NCBI GenBank assembly: GCA_027923505.1
Contig: BROI01000010.1
Span: forward strand, 124,001 to 188,000
Length of the DNA: 64,000 nucleotides
Source of the DNA: Mayamaea pseudoterrestris
Lineage: Eukaryota
Direction of reading: 5' to 3'
Shown piece after piece: positions 11,617 to 26,300 of this stretch (position 1 is the first letter of the stretch; the number at the start of each line of letters is the position of its first letter). The position numbers and the translations under genes are program-made. The notes below the pieces were generated by a model. The model ran no database searches and had not been told where the DNA came from. It saw nothing but the letters and a program-made list of their open reading frames with translations.

Positions 11617-12584
11617 ATGCTGCCGGACATAATTGGATCGCTGGAATACTGTGCAGAGCCGTTGCAAAGGGATCTCGTGGAGCGACGTCCAACAGATGTT
11701 CTGCTGCGATTATTGGTACGTCTACAATCGTTGCATATGCGCTACACCAGAATAAACGCTTGCCAATCGAGTGACTGTGCTCACACAACAATAATATATT
11801 ATAATTATTTCATGCACAGAAAAGTGGGAGCGCCGATGAGATTGCAGCGTCACCTGGCAATATGAAATTTCACTCCATGGCATGGAAATTCGGCGCTGGA
11901 TTCTCAAAAGCCAATGAATTATGCAAGAGTCAGAGAATTGATAAAATAATTAAATTGATATCGCTGCAGGATCCTCCCGGGCGCTTTCTCTTGGAAGTTG
12001 AGGATGAAAGCGACGCTGCTTTGCATGGTTCTGGTGATATTGAACCGACTCTAGATGCTCAAGCAACCAAAACAAGCACACGCTATCACGTTGCTCCCCA
12101 ATTACAAGTGAAGGAGACTATCCGGCGGCTACTGGTGGAAATAAAGCGTTTCAGTCCTCCAGCGGCTAGCCTATCCGTTGCGGAACAAGCGTTAATATAC
12201 TCTCAGTTGGTCGCAGCAGCGCGCAATCAAAAGAAGCGACAATCATCCCAGTTGAAAGACTCTCCAGGCAATGACTTTCCAATCTTGGATACTCGTACGC
12301 GACCAAAAAAGCCACGCGTTAAAGTGGCAACACTAGTGTCACCCGAAAAGCGGAATCAGGCTGCGAACGAGAGTTCTTGGAAACCGCAGGGCATGGACAA
12401 GTCCAAAGAACGTCTGGCACCAAAAGTGATGCAAACGACCAAAGTTAAACCTCAGCGACACAATAAGCAGCTGCAGCAAAACATGCCAGTAGAAGCAGTA
12501 CTGGAGAATTACAACTATGATCAATGGAGCGAGCTCATCTGTGAGGCCAAGGCCTACCTGTCTCTTCAGCTCAACTACCGGTAG
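11617..12584 (+). CDS. DUF6824-domain protein (intron 11716-11819)
   Basis: Spliced product reads PTDVLL...SPGNMKF...IIKLISLQDPPGRFL; the GT-AG intron keeps the frame. Confidence 0.7.
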
Positions 12585-12780
12585 ATAACGAGAAGCGGAA
12601 CTAGTTAATCGACTGTATGCTTCGTCATACACAAAAATTTAAGCTAAATGAAGCCTGTCTGCTTATACAAATATTCCATCTCTTGGCGCAGTTGTCTGTT
12701 GGATTTTTACACGAATGGCCTGGAAGCTCGCCTCATCGTTCGTTACGCAAAAAAAGACGATGCTCTGTCACATACAATAC

Positions 12781-13841
12781 CTATAATCCAATGGATATCC
12801 TGACCAAAGGAATCAACCTTTCATTCAGTATTATGGTCGACAGATCGGACACTTCCTCCGATCTCGCCGTGGCGGCGTCGGTGCGGTGACATTCATGTTG
12901 CAGTGGTTCACGTTCATCATTTTCATCTTCGGAATCGTCTAGAATACTCTCCCTCCTCAGTTTGTCGTAACTACCACGATGAAGGCTAGGAGAATGCTCG
13001 CAAGCTTGTCTTGTTGTGGATGAAAAGGCTACAACGGTTCGAGGAATACCGGCCGGCAATGAATCATATTCGCGACGACCGTCGTGCAAATTCCAAGCAA
13101 TTAGACGAATGCGAGTATGATGCAGTAGTCGCCTCACACATTCGTCATGATCGAGTGATGGATGGATTGCATGCTTGGCCTTTTCGAGTACAGAAGTGAC
13201 AAGATTTTGAATTTCGCTTGTCGATAGACTCGCGTCTCCAAAGTACCAGAACGTGGCATTCATACCTGTGCAGCGTACAGCGCGCAATAAGCATACGTAG
13301 AATTTAGTATACTCTCCCTGCGATTGACACAAAACCATACGCTTTCATACTTACTGGTCAAAATCATTGTCAGTCGCGCCGGAGCCAGTCGTTTGGTTTC
13401 GTTTACATTTGCAAGCTCAAAAGCCAATCGCAAAATACCTTCTTTGGTAGTATTTGGACAAGCCAGCGGCACCAAGCTCATGAGAAACTCTTGTCCAGTG
13501 TCCACACGATCCTCCACATCGCCTTCCCACATGGTAAATAGCAAGTCCATGACCTGACGGTCGGGATCCTTGCGTATATTGGCAGTTTTAAGTGCTTGAT
13601 GTAATGTGCGTCTGCTGATACTGAATTGCGAAAGCATTGCTTTCGTCGTAACCCCACGGTGCAGTTGATGTCGTTGTTGATGATGTTGAAGTCGGCTGTA
13701 GTCAGTGGAGTATTTTTGAAATTCCGCCAGCAACTGACGAAGCTGATGCGGTTTGATGCACAAATACTTGGCCATGGCCAGAGTGGCAAGCTGGTCGCGA
13801 TTGACGCGATGAAGGCGGTTGCTGCTCTGATGGTTGCCCAT
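12781..13841 (-). CDS. N-myristoylated EF-hand / calcineurin-B-like protein (intron 13266-13354)
   Basis: MGNHQS myristoylation motif; degenerate EF-hand-like segments (LFTMWEGDVEDRVD, LAFELANVNETKRL); gtaagt...cag intron joins the two ORFs in frame. Confidence 0.65.
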
Positions 13842-14244
13842 CTTGTTGCTAATGTTGACTGCTGCACAATGATTTCTGCTCTGCTGTTACTAGTGCTGCT
13901 ATCAATAAACGCTGTTCGTTTCTTTCCGTGCGCAAAGACGAAACATGAAGGAAATGCGTTGCATGTTTAAATAACCTCACAATGACATTTCATACGTGCA
14001 AGGCGGCACGCATTGACAGCCAGCTGTTTCAGTTAAATAGGCAAATTCTGGCGTTGCGACGACTGAAACCGTGCGTTCTTAATCTCAACGGATGATATCT
14101 TCGCTTGGTGGGTGTGCTCCACCGTCACGTTTCGCGGTGCGAATCTTATGATGGCGCATCTGCCACGAGCATCCTCTCGCTTCCATTGTTCGCAAGCAGC
14201 AGCTTCGTTATTCATACTTGTAGTACCTTTATACCATTTTGTCC

Positions 14245-15888
14245 ATGTCTCCAATTGACGCTCCAACTTTTACTGAGTCAGCTAGCAGCAGTAGCAACAA
14301 GAAGGCCAAGACGACGCAGGAGGAGCAGCAAAAGATTCTTTCAGAGTTCGAAGCGTTGACACTCTTCATTCAGCGTGCACCAATCCTTTCTCCCAGTCAT
14401 CCTGCAGTCCAAGCTGCGCTGGAAGGTATTTCCAAAGAACGACAGAAGCTGCAGCGCGACTGGAAATTGCAAGAAAAGTTCAAGCAGCAACAAGAAGGGC
14501 GTAACTTGCATCTACCGCAGCAGCAGCAAGAAATTGGCAGCAGCGAACCGCTGGAAGGTGATTGGGACGCTTCGCTCGTAACAAGTCAGAATCACGAAGC
14601 TTCTTTGTCGTCGTCATCAATGAACCAAAATAACGATAACGATTGGCAGGATTTGGCTGCCATGGACGAAGAAGAAGACAATAGCGAGAAAGCGGCTGCT
14701 AATGCTGTCGGCTCGCAGCAGAGTGGGACCTTTGGCGTTATTCTTGCGCAGCAAGCAGTTCTGACGATTTCTCAAGCTCGCATTCGTGTCAGCAGCCCGC
14801 TGCAAGCCATTGCCGTTGTTCTTCATGCAGCGCTCCAAACTGGTGCACTTGGGTTTGTTGGAACAACGTCTTCGTTTGCATCCTCCAGCGTCAAGCTGTT
14901 TGCCGAACCAATTCGCGAGTTGCCTCGAGATCAATTCTTGCCGCAGGACTTTTGGGAGCAGACAAGAGACGCTGAAGCAAACGGAGTGACTTTACGATAT
15001 CGCAAGGATGGTTTAGGAGCCATGTTGCTGCGAGTTGAGCAGTATACTGCCGAGTTGAACGAGTCGAGTAACAATCACGGAAAGGCTGACTTTGTTTCCT
15101 GTATGCGCGTTTCGATGCTTCCAGAAGTAGGCTCAAGTGACCATGAGCAGCGCTGGTTAGAATTTGCGCTTGATCGCCATTTTAATATGGAGTCGTTTCA
15201 AAAAGCGCTGGCCCAAGCTGGCAGCGACAGCAAGGCGGAGCCAGCCTTGCATTATAAAGCATTGGCGGATTTGATGACAAACTTTTGCTCCACGTTTGAC
15301 GTTGGGCCAGTCATTGATAGTGACGGTAAGATGGAAGAAAATGAGCGCAACAACGACGGTAGCAATCCTCCAAACATTGGGGTTACAGCATCGGAGGCGC
15401 TGCCAAGCAATCGGGATGGCCAGCAAGATCCATCTCCGTCAATTCCTGCACATCGATTTCCAGCCACGATTGATCAGGCTTTTCCGATGCTGCATCAAGG
15501 AGGTGGACAGTTTGATGGCGACTTGCTGCCCCATCTTGACTCAATAATCGGTCGTGGCGGGCATGGACGCCCCGATTTGCCAAACACTGGACCAGGCAAT
15601 CTCATGGGCCCGGATCATCCAATGTGGACGACGGGAGGTGGTGCTCCTCTTCATCGCATCGGCCAAATTGGTGGTCCAGGGACCATGCAACCAAGATACG
15701 ACCCGATCGGACCGCCGTTTGGACCTACGGATCCAAATAATGACGACTTTGACGTCGATCCTTTGCGAGTGCCAACGCGCCGCCGAGATCCTCCTGGCGG
15801 CTCGGGTATTCCAAACAACTCTTTGCTCCAGCCACCCAATATGCGCAATAACAATAACATCTTTCCTGGTGGTAACATGTACATGTAG
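14245..15888 (+). CDS. PSMF1: Proteasome inhibitor PI31-like protein
   Basis: FP-domain motifs (AVVLHAAL, LRYRK) and Pro/Gly-rich tail with DLLP, GNLMGPDHP and PRYDPIGP; C-terminal MYM (HbYX). Confidence 0.85.
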   Translation: MSPIDAPTFTESASSSSNKKAKTTQEEQQKILSEFEALTLFIQRAPILSPSHPAVQAALEGISKERQKLQRDWKLQEKFKQQQEGRNLHLPQQQQEIGSSEPLEGDWDASLVTSQNHEASLSSSSMNQNNDNDWQDLAAMDEEEDNSEKAAANAVGSQQSGTFGVILAQQAVLTISQARIRVSSPLQAIAVVLHAALQTGALGFVGTTSSFASSSVKLFAEPIRELPRDQFLPQDFWEQTRDAEANGVTLRYRKDGLGAMLLRVEQYTAELNESSNNHGKADFVSCMRVSMLPEVGSSDHEQRWLEFALDRHFNMESFQKALAQAGSDSKAEPALHYKALADLMTNFCSTFDVGPVIDSDGKMEENERNNDGSNPPNIGVTASEALPSNRDGQQDPSPSIPAHRFPATIDQAFPMLHQGGGQFDGDLLPHLDSIIGRGGHGRPDLPNTGPGNLMGPDHPMWTTGGGAPLHRIGQIGGPGTMQPRYDPIGPPFGPTDPNNDDFDVDPLRVPTRRRDPPGGSGIPNNSLLQPPNMRNNNNIFPGGNMYM

Positions 15889-17343
15889 GGTGAATTATGA
15901 CGGTTGACAGTCGATATTAAGGACTGCGGGACGGTGGACGTGTTGCGGATCTTAAACGAATACTCTTAGTCTTTATGAATGTAAAGTGATATATCTATAA
16001 AATGCACATGCAAAGGATTTTTACATCCTATCATACCTTATGTAGTATGTAGTGTCGATACGTCGATCGGGTGCAGTGAATCGGTAGATGACTGACAGAC
16101 CTGCATCCCTCCTGCATTGAAGCGCAGGAGGCGATCATCTATTGTTTCAATGTCCAATCGACCAATGCAAGAGCGGGCCACGGGCCACCTATCGAGTAGA
16201 AAGCGCATGAGTGTGAGGTAGGACTACGGTAACGACGAAAAAGGCGAGACTCAAACTTGCAATAGCCACAAGTTCATGTAGGGTTAGAACTACCAATGGC
16301 ACTATAGATCAAAGTGTACTGCCGCCTCCGAAACGGCAATGTTGCCATTGGAATCGCCACCGTCACCATGGCATCAGCGCTCGCTGCCGCCTGGTCAAGT
16401 ACCAAATGCGATTTGCTTGTTTCAACCAACTTCATCATAATACGCAAATATCAAAACAATGGACGCCATTCCAGGTTGCAAAAAGCGAAAATTGTATTCG
16501 CAAGCCCTCGTGCAGTGACAAACCAAAAATGTTCGGCGTCAAATGTCAAGCATTCCATCGAGTCAATTGCTGTTTGACAGAGCGCGAACATGCTGCGTCA
16601 CTTTCACTAATGCGGACCGCAGGACATGCAGCATAGTTGCAGTTTTTCGCTCTCTGATTCATGCTTGATTGGATGCAATAAGAGTCGAACGTCGACGTCC
16701 CACTAGCCAGTAGCCTAGCAGCGTGCTTGATCCTGGTATTTCGCGACGCCAGACAAATTCGTATTGATTGGTGATTGAAGAACTTCTTCCGAAAGATACT
16801 TGCTCCTTTCTCACTGGTCGTAACTTCATCTTGATGACGCCTCTCCTCTCTACTTGACTGCCATCGTTCGGATGCGGAAGCCCATCATCGCTAAGTATCA
16901 CCTTAAAAGTACACAGCGTGTACAGTGGAAGACACACAAATGTTGGTCAAGTCGTGACTGGTGAGGATGACCAGGTGGATGTTTAATAGTTCCGAAACGA
17001 GCACTACTAGCCAATCAACGATCGAGGAACAGTCCAGTCACTGTATCAAAATTCTCACTGGTCTTCTTCGGTTTTGGTCGAAGTCCAACTACTATCGCCT
17101 TCCGATGGTGGCATATGTTATTGGCGTTCGCTCATCCCCGACTACGCACCAGAAATAGAGTCATTAGGCTTATCAAATTTGCCTCGTAGAACAGTGCAAC
17201 GAACCAGTTTCTGCTTGTGACCAGTGTCGGCAATTGAAAGTGCGTCCACAAGAAGGCCCTACCAACTTGGTGCCAAAACGTCGAATGTTGATCATCTTCT
17301 CACTTTGCTGATTCTTCCTCCATCACAAACGTTTACCAACAAC

Positions 17344-20300
17344 ATGACTGTTATTCCAATTACCTGCAACCGTATCACGGCAATCCTCCTATGCTTGCTC
17401 TGCCATGCACTCTTAGTCAGCTCGGCGACTCTGTCCACCCAACGCAAGGGCATGATGAACATGAATATGCGTGCCTCCAAGCAACGTGAACCAGCCCGCA
17501 GAAAACCCAACAACGCCAATGCTCGCAAGCGCTGCAGCTTGTGCGAAACATTGTTGAGTATTACCCAAACCTGTGTCGAGCGCGGACAAGGTTCCACCTT
17601 TTTGAAGCGCACACGCAAGGCTGAGAAACTCGGCCAATGCGTAGCAAAGCTCAACCACTTTGTCGGCAACGTTTCAACTGGCCGTCGTCGCGAAATCTTT
17701 ACTCCCAAGAATGCCAAGGCACAGGCATCCGTCTTGAATTACTTTTCGTCGTTTTGTTTCATCGACAACACTGCCGACACTAGTACAACTACATTTTTCA
17801 ATCGTTTGGACAAAGTTGGCGGCGAATCGTCATTCCTTCCACTTTCGACGGCTCCCACCAAGGCTCCTATCCAGGCTCCCACCAAGAAACCATCATTGAC
17901 AATGTTCCCGACGCGCAAACCTACGAAAATGCCTACGCGCAAACCAACCAAGGTAAGTGGAATAACATCCGTCATACTAAACGGCGAATTGAATATGTAT
18001 CTCACACAAACTCTATCGAAAACAGAGACCAACAAATAGGCCCACGCTAAAGCCTGTAACGATGAAACCCACCAAGGTATGTTTTGTTTGTTTTCACTGC
18101 AATTTTTCGGCCTTGCAGCAAAAATCTCACTAATTTTTTTAACACCAAGCGCCCAACACTAAAACCGACCAAACGCCCAACAAAGGCACCAACTCGCAAA
18201 CCAACCAGGCGCCCTACTTTTAAACCAACTAAGAAACCAAGCAAAGCTCCAACTCGCAAGCCAACCCGCAAGCCAACTGTCAAACCGACGAAACGCCCGA
18301 CGCTTGCCCCGACGATGAAACCAAGCAAAGCTCCAACACGCAAACCGACTAAAGGACCAAGCAAAGCTCCAACGAAAGCCCCATCCAAGGTTCCCACAAT
18401 GGCTCCAACTAAAAAGCCTTCTCGAGCTCCAACCATTCGACCGACCAAGATTCCAACTGTCGCTCCAACTAAGAAGCCAACAAAAGCTCCAACCCGTAAG
18501 CCTACCAAAGCACCGACCATGAAACCCACAAAGCGTCCAACTGTTGCTCCTACCAAAAAGCCAACCAAAGCTCCAACGCGCAAGCCGACAAAAGCACCCA
18601 CCAAATCACCAACTCGCCGACCTACGAAATCCCCAACACGACCGCCAACACGCAAACCTACACATGCACCAACGATGAAGCCAACGCGAGCCCCAACATT
18701 TCGGCCAACTAAAGCACCGACCAAAATGCCAACTCGCAAGCCTACCATGCTTCCAACTGCCAAACCAACCATGGCTCCAACAAAGGTTCCAACGATGAAG
18801 CCGACAAAAGCTCCAACAAAAAGGCCAACAAAAATGCCTTCCAGTTCACCTTCTGGGCAACCATCAAGTGAGCCAAGCAGTGCACCTTCTAGTGAGCCCA
18901 GCATGGCACCTTCAGGGTTGCCAAGTGCGATGCCGTCAAGTGCGCCTAGTCTAAGTCCATCAAGTGAGCCCAGTCTGAGTCCATCAACATCGTTTTCACC
19001 AAGCAGTGCCCCTAGTTCCAATCCAAGTGAGTCTCCAAGTTTCACTCCAAGTTTGCTACCAAGCGCCGAGCACTGCACCCAGCATTTCCCAGTACAAAGC
19101 GCCACAAGCTCTTCACCATCCCGTCCCCGAGTTCCCCAACTTCCAAGTGTTGAACCAAGCTCAATGCCGAGCGCTGCCCCAAGCATTTCACCCAGTGCAT
19201 CACCCAGCCTTAGCCCAAGCAGCAGTCCCAGTGCAGCTCCATCTGCTGCTCCAAGCGCTTCACCCAGCACCATGCCATCTGCTGCTCCTAGCTCATCTCC
19301 CAGTGCTGCACCATCCGGTGGCCCAAGCCCATCTCCAAGTGAAACGCCAAGTGGATCACCAAGCAGCGCCCCAAGCTCCGCACCCAGTGCCTCACCCAGC
19401 TCATCACCAAGCGCCAGCCCCAGTGCATCCCCAAGCAGCTCACCAAGTGCAACACCCAGTGGTAGCCCAAGTGCATCCCCCAGTGCCAGCCCAAGTGTGT
19501 CACCAAGCAGTGCTCCAAGTGCGAGTCCCAGTGCCTCACCAAGTGCAAGCCCCAGCTCTACCCCAAGCTCATCACCCAGTGCATCTCCCAGTGCGAGCCC
19601 CAGTGCCTCACCTAGCAGCCAACCAAGTGCAGCTCCAAGCAGCAGTCCCAGCTCAACCCCCAGTGCAGCACCCAGCACAAGTCCAAGCTCTTTGCCCAGC
19701 GCTGGTCCAAGTGCTTCACCCAGTATCTCCCCCAGTGCTTTGCCAAGTGCTTCTCCCAGTGCCCAGCCAAGTGGTGGACCAAGCTCTCCCCCCAGTGTTG
19801 AACCAAGCTCAATGCCAAGCGCTGCACCCAGCATTTCACCCAGTGCATCACCCAGCTCCAGCCCAAGCTCCTCACCAAGTGGAACTCCCAGTGCCACACC
19901 AAGTGCATCGCCCAGTGAGTCTCCTAGTGCTTCACCCAGTGCCTCACCAAGCAGCAGTCCCAGTGCAGCACCGTCTGCTGCTCCAAGCGCTTCACCCAGC
20001 ACCATGCCATCTGCTGCTCCTAGCTCATCTCCCAGTGCTGCACCATCCAGTGCCCCAAGCTCATCTCCGAGTGAAACGCCAAGTGGATCACCAAGCAGCG
20101 CCCCAAGCTCCGCACCCAGTGCCTCACCCAGCTCATCACCAAGCGCCAGCCCCAGTGCATCCCCAAGCAGCTCACCAAGTGCAACACCCAGTGGTAGCCC
20201 AAGTGCATCCCCCAGTGCCAGCCCAAGTGTGTCACCAAGCAGTGCTCCAAGTGCGAGTCCCAGTGCCTCACCAAGTGCAAGCCCCAGCTCTACCCCAAGC

Positions 20301-23300
20301 TCATCACCCAGTGCATCTCCCAGTGCGAGCCCCAGTGCCTCACCTAGCAGCCAACCAAGTGCAGCTCCAAGCAGCAGTCCCAGCTCAACCCCCAGTGCAG
20401 CACCCAGCACAAGTCCAAGCTCTTTGCCCAGCGCTGGTCCAAGTGCATCACCCAGTATCTCACCCAGTGCATTGCCAAGTGCTTCTCCCAGTGCCCAGCC
20501 AAGTGGTGGACCAAGCTCTCCCCCAAGTGTTGAACCAAGCTCAATGCCAAGCGCTGCACCCAGCATTTCACCCAGTGCATCACCCAGCTCCAGCCCAAGC
20601 TCCTCACCAAGTGGAACTCCCAGTGCCACACCAAGTGCATCGCCCAGTGAGTCTCCTAGTGCTTCACCCAGTGCCTCACCAAGCAGCAGTCCCAGTGCAG
20701 CACCCTCTGCTGCTCCAAGCGCTTCACCCAGCACCATGCCATCTGCTGCTCCTAGCTCATCTCCCAGTGCTGCACCATCCAGTGCCCCAAGCTCATCTCC
20801 GAGTGAAACGCCGAGTGGATCACCAAGCAGCGCCCCAAGCTCCGCACCCAGTGCCTCACCCAGCTCATCACCAAGCGCCAGCCCCAGTGCATCCCCAAGC
20901 AGCTCACCAAGTGCAACACCCAGTGGTAGCCCAAGTGCATCCCCCAGTGCCAGCCCAAGTGTGTCACCAAGCAGTGCTCCAAGTGCGAGTCCCAGTGCCT
21001 CACCAAGTGCAAGCCCCAGCTCTACCCCAAGCTCATCACCCAGTGCATCTCCCAGTGCGAGCCCCAGTGCCTCACCTAGCAGCCAACCAAGTGCAGCTCC
21101 AAGCAGCAGTCCCAGCTCAACCCCCAGTGCAGCACCCAGCACAAGTCCAAGCTCTTTGCCCAGCGCTGGTCCAAGTGCTTCACCCAGTATCTCACCCAGT
21201 GCTTTGCCAAGTGCTTCTCCCAGTGCCCAGCCAAGTGGTGGACCAAGCTCTCCCCCAAGTGTTGAACCAAGCTCAATGCCAAGCGCTGCACCCAGCATTT
21301 CACCCAGTGCATCACCCAGCTCCAGCCCAAGCTCCTCACCAAGTGGAACTCCCAGTGCCACACCAAGTGCATCGCCCAGTGAGTCTCCTAGTGCTTCACC
21401 CAGTGCCTCACCAAGCAGCAGTCCCAGTGCAGCACCCTCTGCTGCTCCAAGCGCTTCACCCAGCACCATGCCATCTGCTGCTCCTAGCTCATCTCCCAGT
21501 GCTGCACCATCCAGTGCCCCAAGCTCATCTCCGAGTGAAACGCCAAGTGGATCACCAAGCAGCGCCCCAAGCTCCGCACCCAGTGCCTCACCCAGCTCAT
21601 CACCAAGCGCCAGCCCCAGTGCATCCCCAAGCAGCTCACCAAGTGCAACACCCAGTGGTAGCCCAAGTGCATCCCCCAGTGCCAGCCCAAGTGTGTCACC
21701 AAGCAGTGCTCCAAGTGCGAGTCCCAGTGCCTCACCAAGTGCAAGCCCCAGCTCTACCCCAAGCTCATCACCCAGTGCATCTCCCAGTGCGAGCCCCAGT
21801 GCCTCACCTAGCAGCCAACCAAGTGCAGCTCCAAGCAGCAGTCCCAGCTCAACCCCCAGTGCAGCACCCAGCACAAGTCCAAGCTCTTTGCCCAGCGCTG
21901 GTCCAAGTGCTTCACCCAGTATCTCACCCAGTGCTTTGCCAAGTGCTTCTCCCAGTGCCCAGCCAAGTGGTGGACCAAGCTCTCCCCCAAGTGTTGAACC
22001 AAGCTCAATGCCAAGCGCTGCACCCAGCATTTCACCCAGTGCATCACCCAGCTCCAGCCCAAGCTCCTCACCAAGTGGAACTCCCAGTGCCACACCAAGT
22101 GCATCGCCCAGTGAGTCTCCTAGTGCTTCACCCAGTGCCTCACCAAGCAGCAGTCCCAGTGCAGCACCCTCTGCTGCTCCAAGCGCTTCACCCAGCACCA
22201 TGCCATCTGCTGCTCCTAGCTCATCTCCCAGTGCTGCACCATCCAGTGCCCCAAGCTCATCTCCGAGTGAAACGCCAAGTGGATCACCAAGCAGCGCCCC
22301 AAGCTCCGCACCCAGTGCCTCACCCAGCTCATCACCAAGCGCCAGCCCCAGTGCATCCCCAAGCAGCTCACCAAGTGCAACACCCAGTGGTAGCCCAAGT
22401 GCATCCCCCAGTGCCAGCCCAAGTGTGTCACCAAGCAGTGCTCCAAGTGCGAGTCCCAGTGCCTCACCAAGTGCAAGCCCCAGCTCTACCCCAAGCTCAT
22501 CACCCAGTGCATCTCCCAGTGCGAGCCCCAGTGCCTCACCTAGCAGCCAACCAAGTGCAGCTCCAAGCAGCAGTCCCAGCTCAACCCCCCAGTGCAGCAC
22601 CCAGCACAAGTCCAAGCTCTTTGCCCAGCGCTGGTCCAAGTGCTTCACCCAGTATCTCACCCAGTGCTTTGCCAAGTGCTTCTCCCAGTGCCCAGCCAAG
22701 TGGTGGACCAAGCTCTCCCCCCAGTGTTGAACCAAGCTCAATGCCAAGCGCTGCACCCAGCATTTCACCCAGTGCATCACCCAGCTCCAGCCCAAGCTCC
22801 TCACCAAGTGGAACTCCCAGTGCCACACCAAGTGCATCGCCCAGTGAGTCTCCTAGTGCTTCACCCAGTGCCTCACCAAGCAGCAGTCCCAGTGCAGCAC
22901 CGTCTGCTGCTCCAAGCGCTTCACCCAGCACCATGCCATCTGCTGCTCCTAGCTCATCTCCCAGTGCTGCACCATCCAGTGCCCCAAGCTCATCTCCGAG
23001 TGAAACGCCAAGTGGATCACCAAGCAGCGCCCCAAGCTCCGCACCCAGTGCCTCACCCAGCTCATCACCAAGCGCCAGCCCCAGTGCATCCCCAAGCAGC
23101 TCACCAAGTGCAACACCCAGTGGTAGCCCAAGTGCATCCCCCAGTGCCAGCCCAAGTGTGTCACCAAGCAGTGCTCCAAGTGCGAGTCCCAGTGCCTCAC
23201 CAAGTGCAAGCCCCAGCTCTACCCCAAGCTCATCACCCAGTGCATCTCCCAGTGCGAGCCCCAGTGCCTCACCTAGCAGCCAACCAAGTGCAGCTCCAAG

Positions 23301-26300
23301 CAGCAGTCCCAGCTCAACCCCCAGTGCAGCACCCAGCACAAGTCCAAGCTCTTTGCCCAGCGCTGGTCCAAGTGCATCACCCAGTATCTCACCCAGTGCA
23401 TTGCCAAGTGCTTCTCCCAGTGCCCAGCCAAGTGGTGGACCAAGCTCTCCCCCCAGTGTTGAACCAAGCTCAATGCCAAGCGCTGCACCCAGCATTTCAC
23501 CCAGTGCATCACCCAGCTCCAGCCCAAGCTCCTCACCAAGTGGAACTCCCAGTGCCACACCAAGTGCATCGCCCAGTGAGTCTCCTAGTGCTTCACCCAG
23601 TGCCTCACCAAGCAGCAGTCCCAGTGCAGCACCGTCTGCTGCTCCAAGCGCTTCACCCAGCACCATGCCATCTGCTGCTCCTAGCTCATCTCCCAGTGCT
23701 GCACCATCCAGTGCCCCAAGCTCATCTCCGAGTGAAACGCCAAGTGGATCACCAAGCAGCGCCCCAAGCTCCGCACCCAGTGCCTCACCCAGCTCATCAC
23801 CAAGCGCCAGCCCCAGTGCATCCCCAAGCAGCTCACCAAGTGCAACACCCAGTGGTAGCCCAAGTGCATCCCCCAGTGCCAGCCCAAGTGTGTCACCAAG
23901 CAGTGCTCTCCAAGTGCGAGTCCCAGTGCCTCACCAAGTGCAAGCCCCAGCTCTACCCAGCTCATCCTCCAGTGCATCTCCCAGTGCGAGCCCCAGTGCC
24001 TCACCTAGCAGCCAACCAAGTGCAGCTCCAAGCAGCATTCCCAGCTCAAACCCCCAGTGCAGCACCCAGCACAAGTCCAAGCTCTTTGCCCAGCGCTGGT
24101 CTCAAGTGCATCACCCAGTATCTCACCCAGTGCATTGCCAAGTGCTTCTCCCAGTGCCCAGCCAAGTGGTGGACCAAGCTCTCCCCCAGTGTTGGAACCA
24201 AGCTCACGCTGCACCCAGCATTTCACCCAGTGCATCACCCAGCTCCAGCCCAAGCTCCTCACCAAGTGGAACTCCCAGTGCCACACCAAGTGCATCGCCC
24301 AGTGAGTCCCTAGTGCTTCACCCAGTGCCTCACCAAGCAGCAGTCCCAGTGCAGCACCGTCTGCTGCTCAAGCGCTTCACCCAGCACCATGCCATCTGCT
24401 GCTCTAGCTCATCTCCCAGTGCTGCACCAGTGCCCCAGATCTCGAGTGAAACAGTGTCCAACACAGCTCAGCTCCCAAGTGCAGCAGCTCACCAGTGCAA
24501 CCCCTCCCCAGCCAGTTCGTGCCCAGCACAAGTGCATCCCCAGTGCGGAGTCTCACCGCCGCCCAGCCCAGCTGTCCAAGTCAGCTCTCCAAGTACCCAG
24601 TATCTCACCCAGTGCTTTGCCAAGTGCTTCTCCCAGTGCGCCAGTGGTGGGCCAAGTGTTGAACCAAGCATCAGCTGCACCCAGCATTTCCAGTGCATCA
24701 CCCAGCTCCAGCCCAAGCTCCTCACCAAGTGGAAGTCCACACCAAGCGCATCGCCCAGTATCCCTAGTGCTTCTCCAAGCAGCAGTCCCATGTGCTCTGT
24801 GCTTCACCCAGCACCATGCCATCTGCTGCTCCTAGCTCATCTCCCAGTGCTGCACCATCCAGTGCCCTGCTATCTCCGAAGAAACGCCAAGTGGATCACC
24901 AACCCCACTCACCCAGTGCCTCACCCAGCTCATCACCAAGCGCCAGCCCCAGTGCATCCCCAAGCAGCTCACCAAGTGCAACACCCAGTGGTAGCCCAAG
25001 TTCATCCCCCAGTGCCAGCCCAAGTGGTCCAAGCGTTCTCCAAGTGCAGTGCCTCACCAAGTGCAAGCCCCAGCTCTACCCCCAAGCTCATCACCCAGTG
25101 CATCACCCAGTGCGAGACCCAGTGCCTCACCTAGCAGCCCACCAAGTACAGCACCAAGCAGCACACCCAGTGCAACCCCCAGTGCATCACCCAGCACAAG
25201 CCCAAGCTCTTTCCGCGTGGTCCAAGTGCTCATCCCCAGTATCTCACCCAGTGCATTGCCAAGTGCTTCTCCCAGTGCCCAGCCAACGTGGTGGACCAAG
25301 CTCTCCCCGGTGTTGTGAACCAAGCTCAATGCCAAGCGCTGCACCCAGCATTTCACCCAGTGCATCACCCAGCTCCAGCCCAAGCTCCTCACCAAGTGGA
25401 ACTCCCAGTGCCACACCAAGTGCATCACCCAGTGAGTCTCCTAGTGCTTCACCCAGTGCCTCACCAAGCAGCAGTCCCAGTGCAGCACCGTCTGCTGCTC
25501 CAAGCGCTTCACCCAGCACCATGCCATCTGCTGCTCCTAGCTCATCTCCCAGTGCTGCACCATCCAGTGCCCCAAGCTCATCTCCAAGTGAAACGCCAAG
25601 TGGATCACCAAGCAGCGCCCCAAGCTCCGCACCCAGTGCCTCACCCAGCTCATCACCAAGCGCCAGCCCCAGTGCATCCCCAAGCAGCTCACCAAGTGCA
25701 ACACCCAGTGGTAGCCCAAGTGCATCCCCCAGTGCCAGCCCAAGTGTGTCACCAAGCAGTGCTCCAAGTGCGAGTCCCAGTGCCTCACCAAGTGCAGGCC
25801 CCAGCTCTGCCCCAAGCTCATCACCCAGTGCATCTCCCAGTGCGAGCCCCAGTGCCTCACCTAGCAGTAAACCAAGTGCAGCTCCAAGCAGCAGTCCCAG
25901 CGCAACCCCCAGCGCAGCACCCAGCACAAGTCCAAGCTATTTGCCCAGCGCTGGTCCAAGTGCTTCACCCAGTATCTCACCCAGTGCATTGCCAAGTGCT
26001 TCTCCCAGTGCCCAGCCAAGCGGTGGACCAAGTTCTCCCCCAAGTGTTGAACCAAGCTCAATGCCAAGTGCTGCACCCAGCATTTCACCCAGTGCATCAC
26101 CCAGCTCCAGCCCAAGCTTCACTCCAAGTGCAGCTCCAAGCAGTTCTCCCAGTGCCTCGCCCAGTAACCCTCCAAGTTTTGCTCCAAGTAGCTCGCCAAG
26201 CAGCAGTCCCAGTTCATCACCGAGTGCGTCTCCCAGTTTTGCACCGAGCAGCAGCCCCAGTGCCCATTGTCACGCAGTGCAATAGCCAGCTACTGCAAGC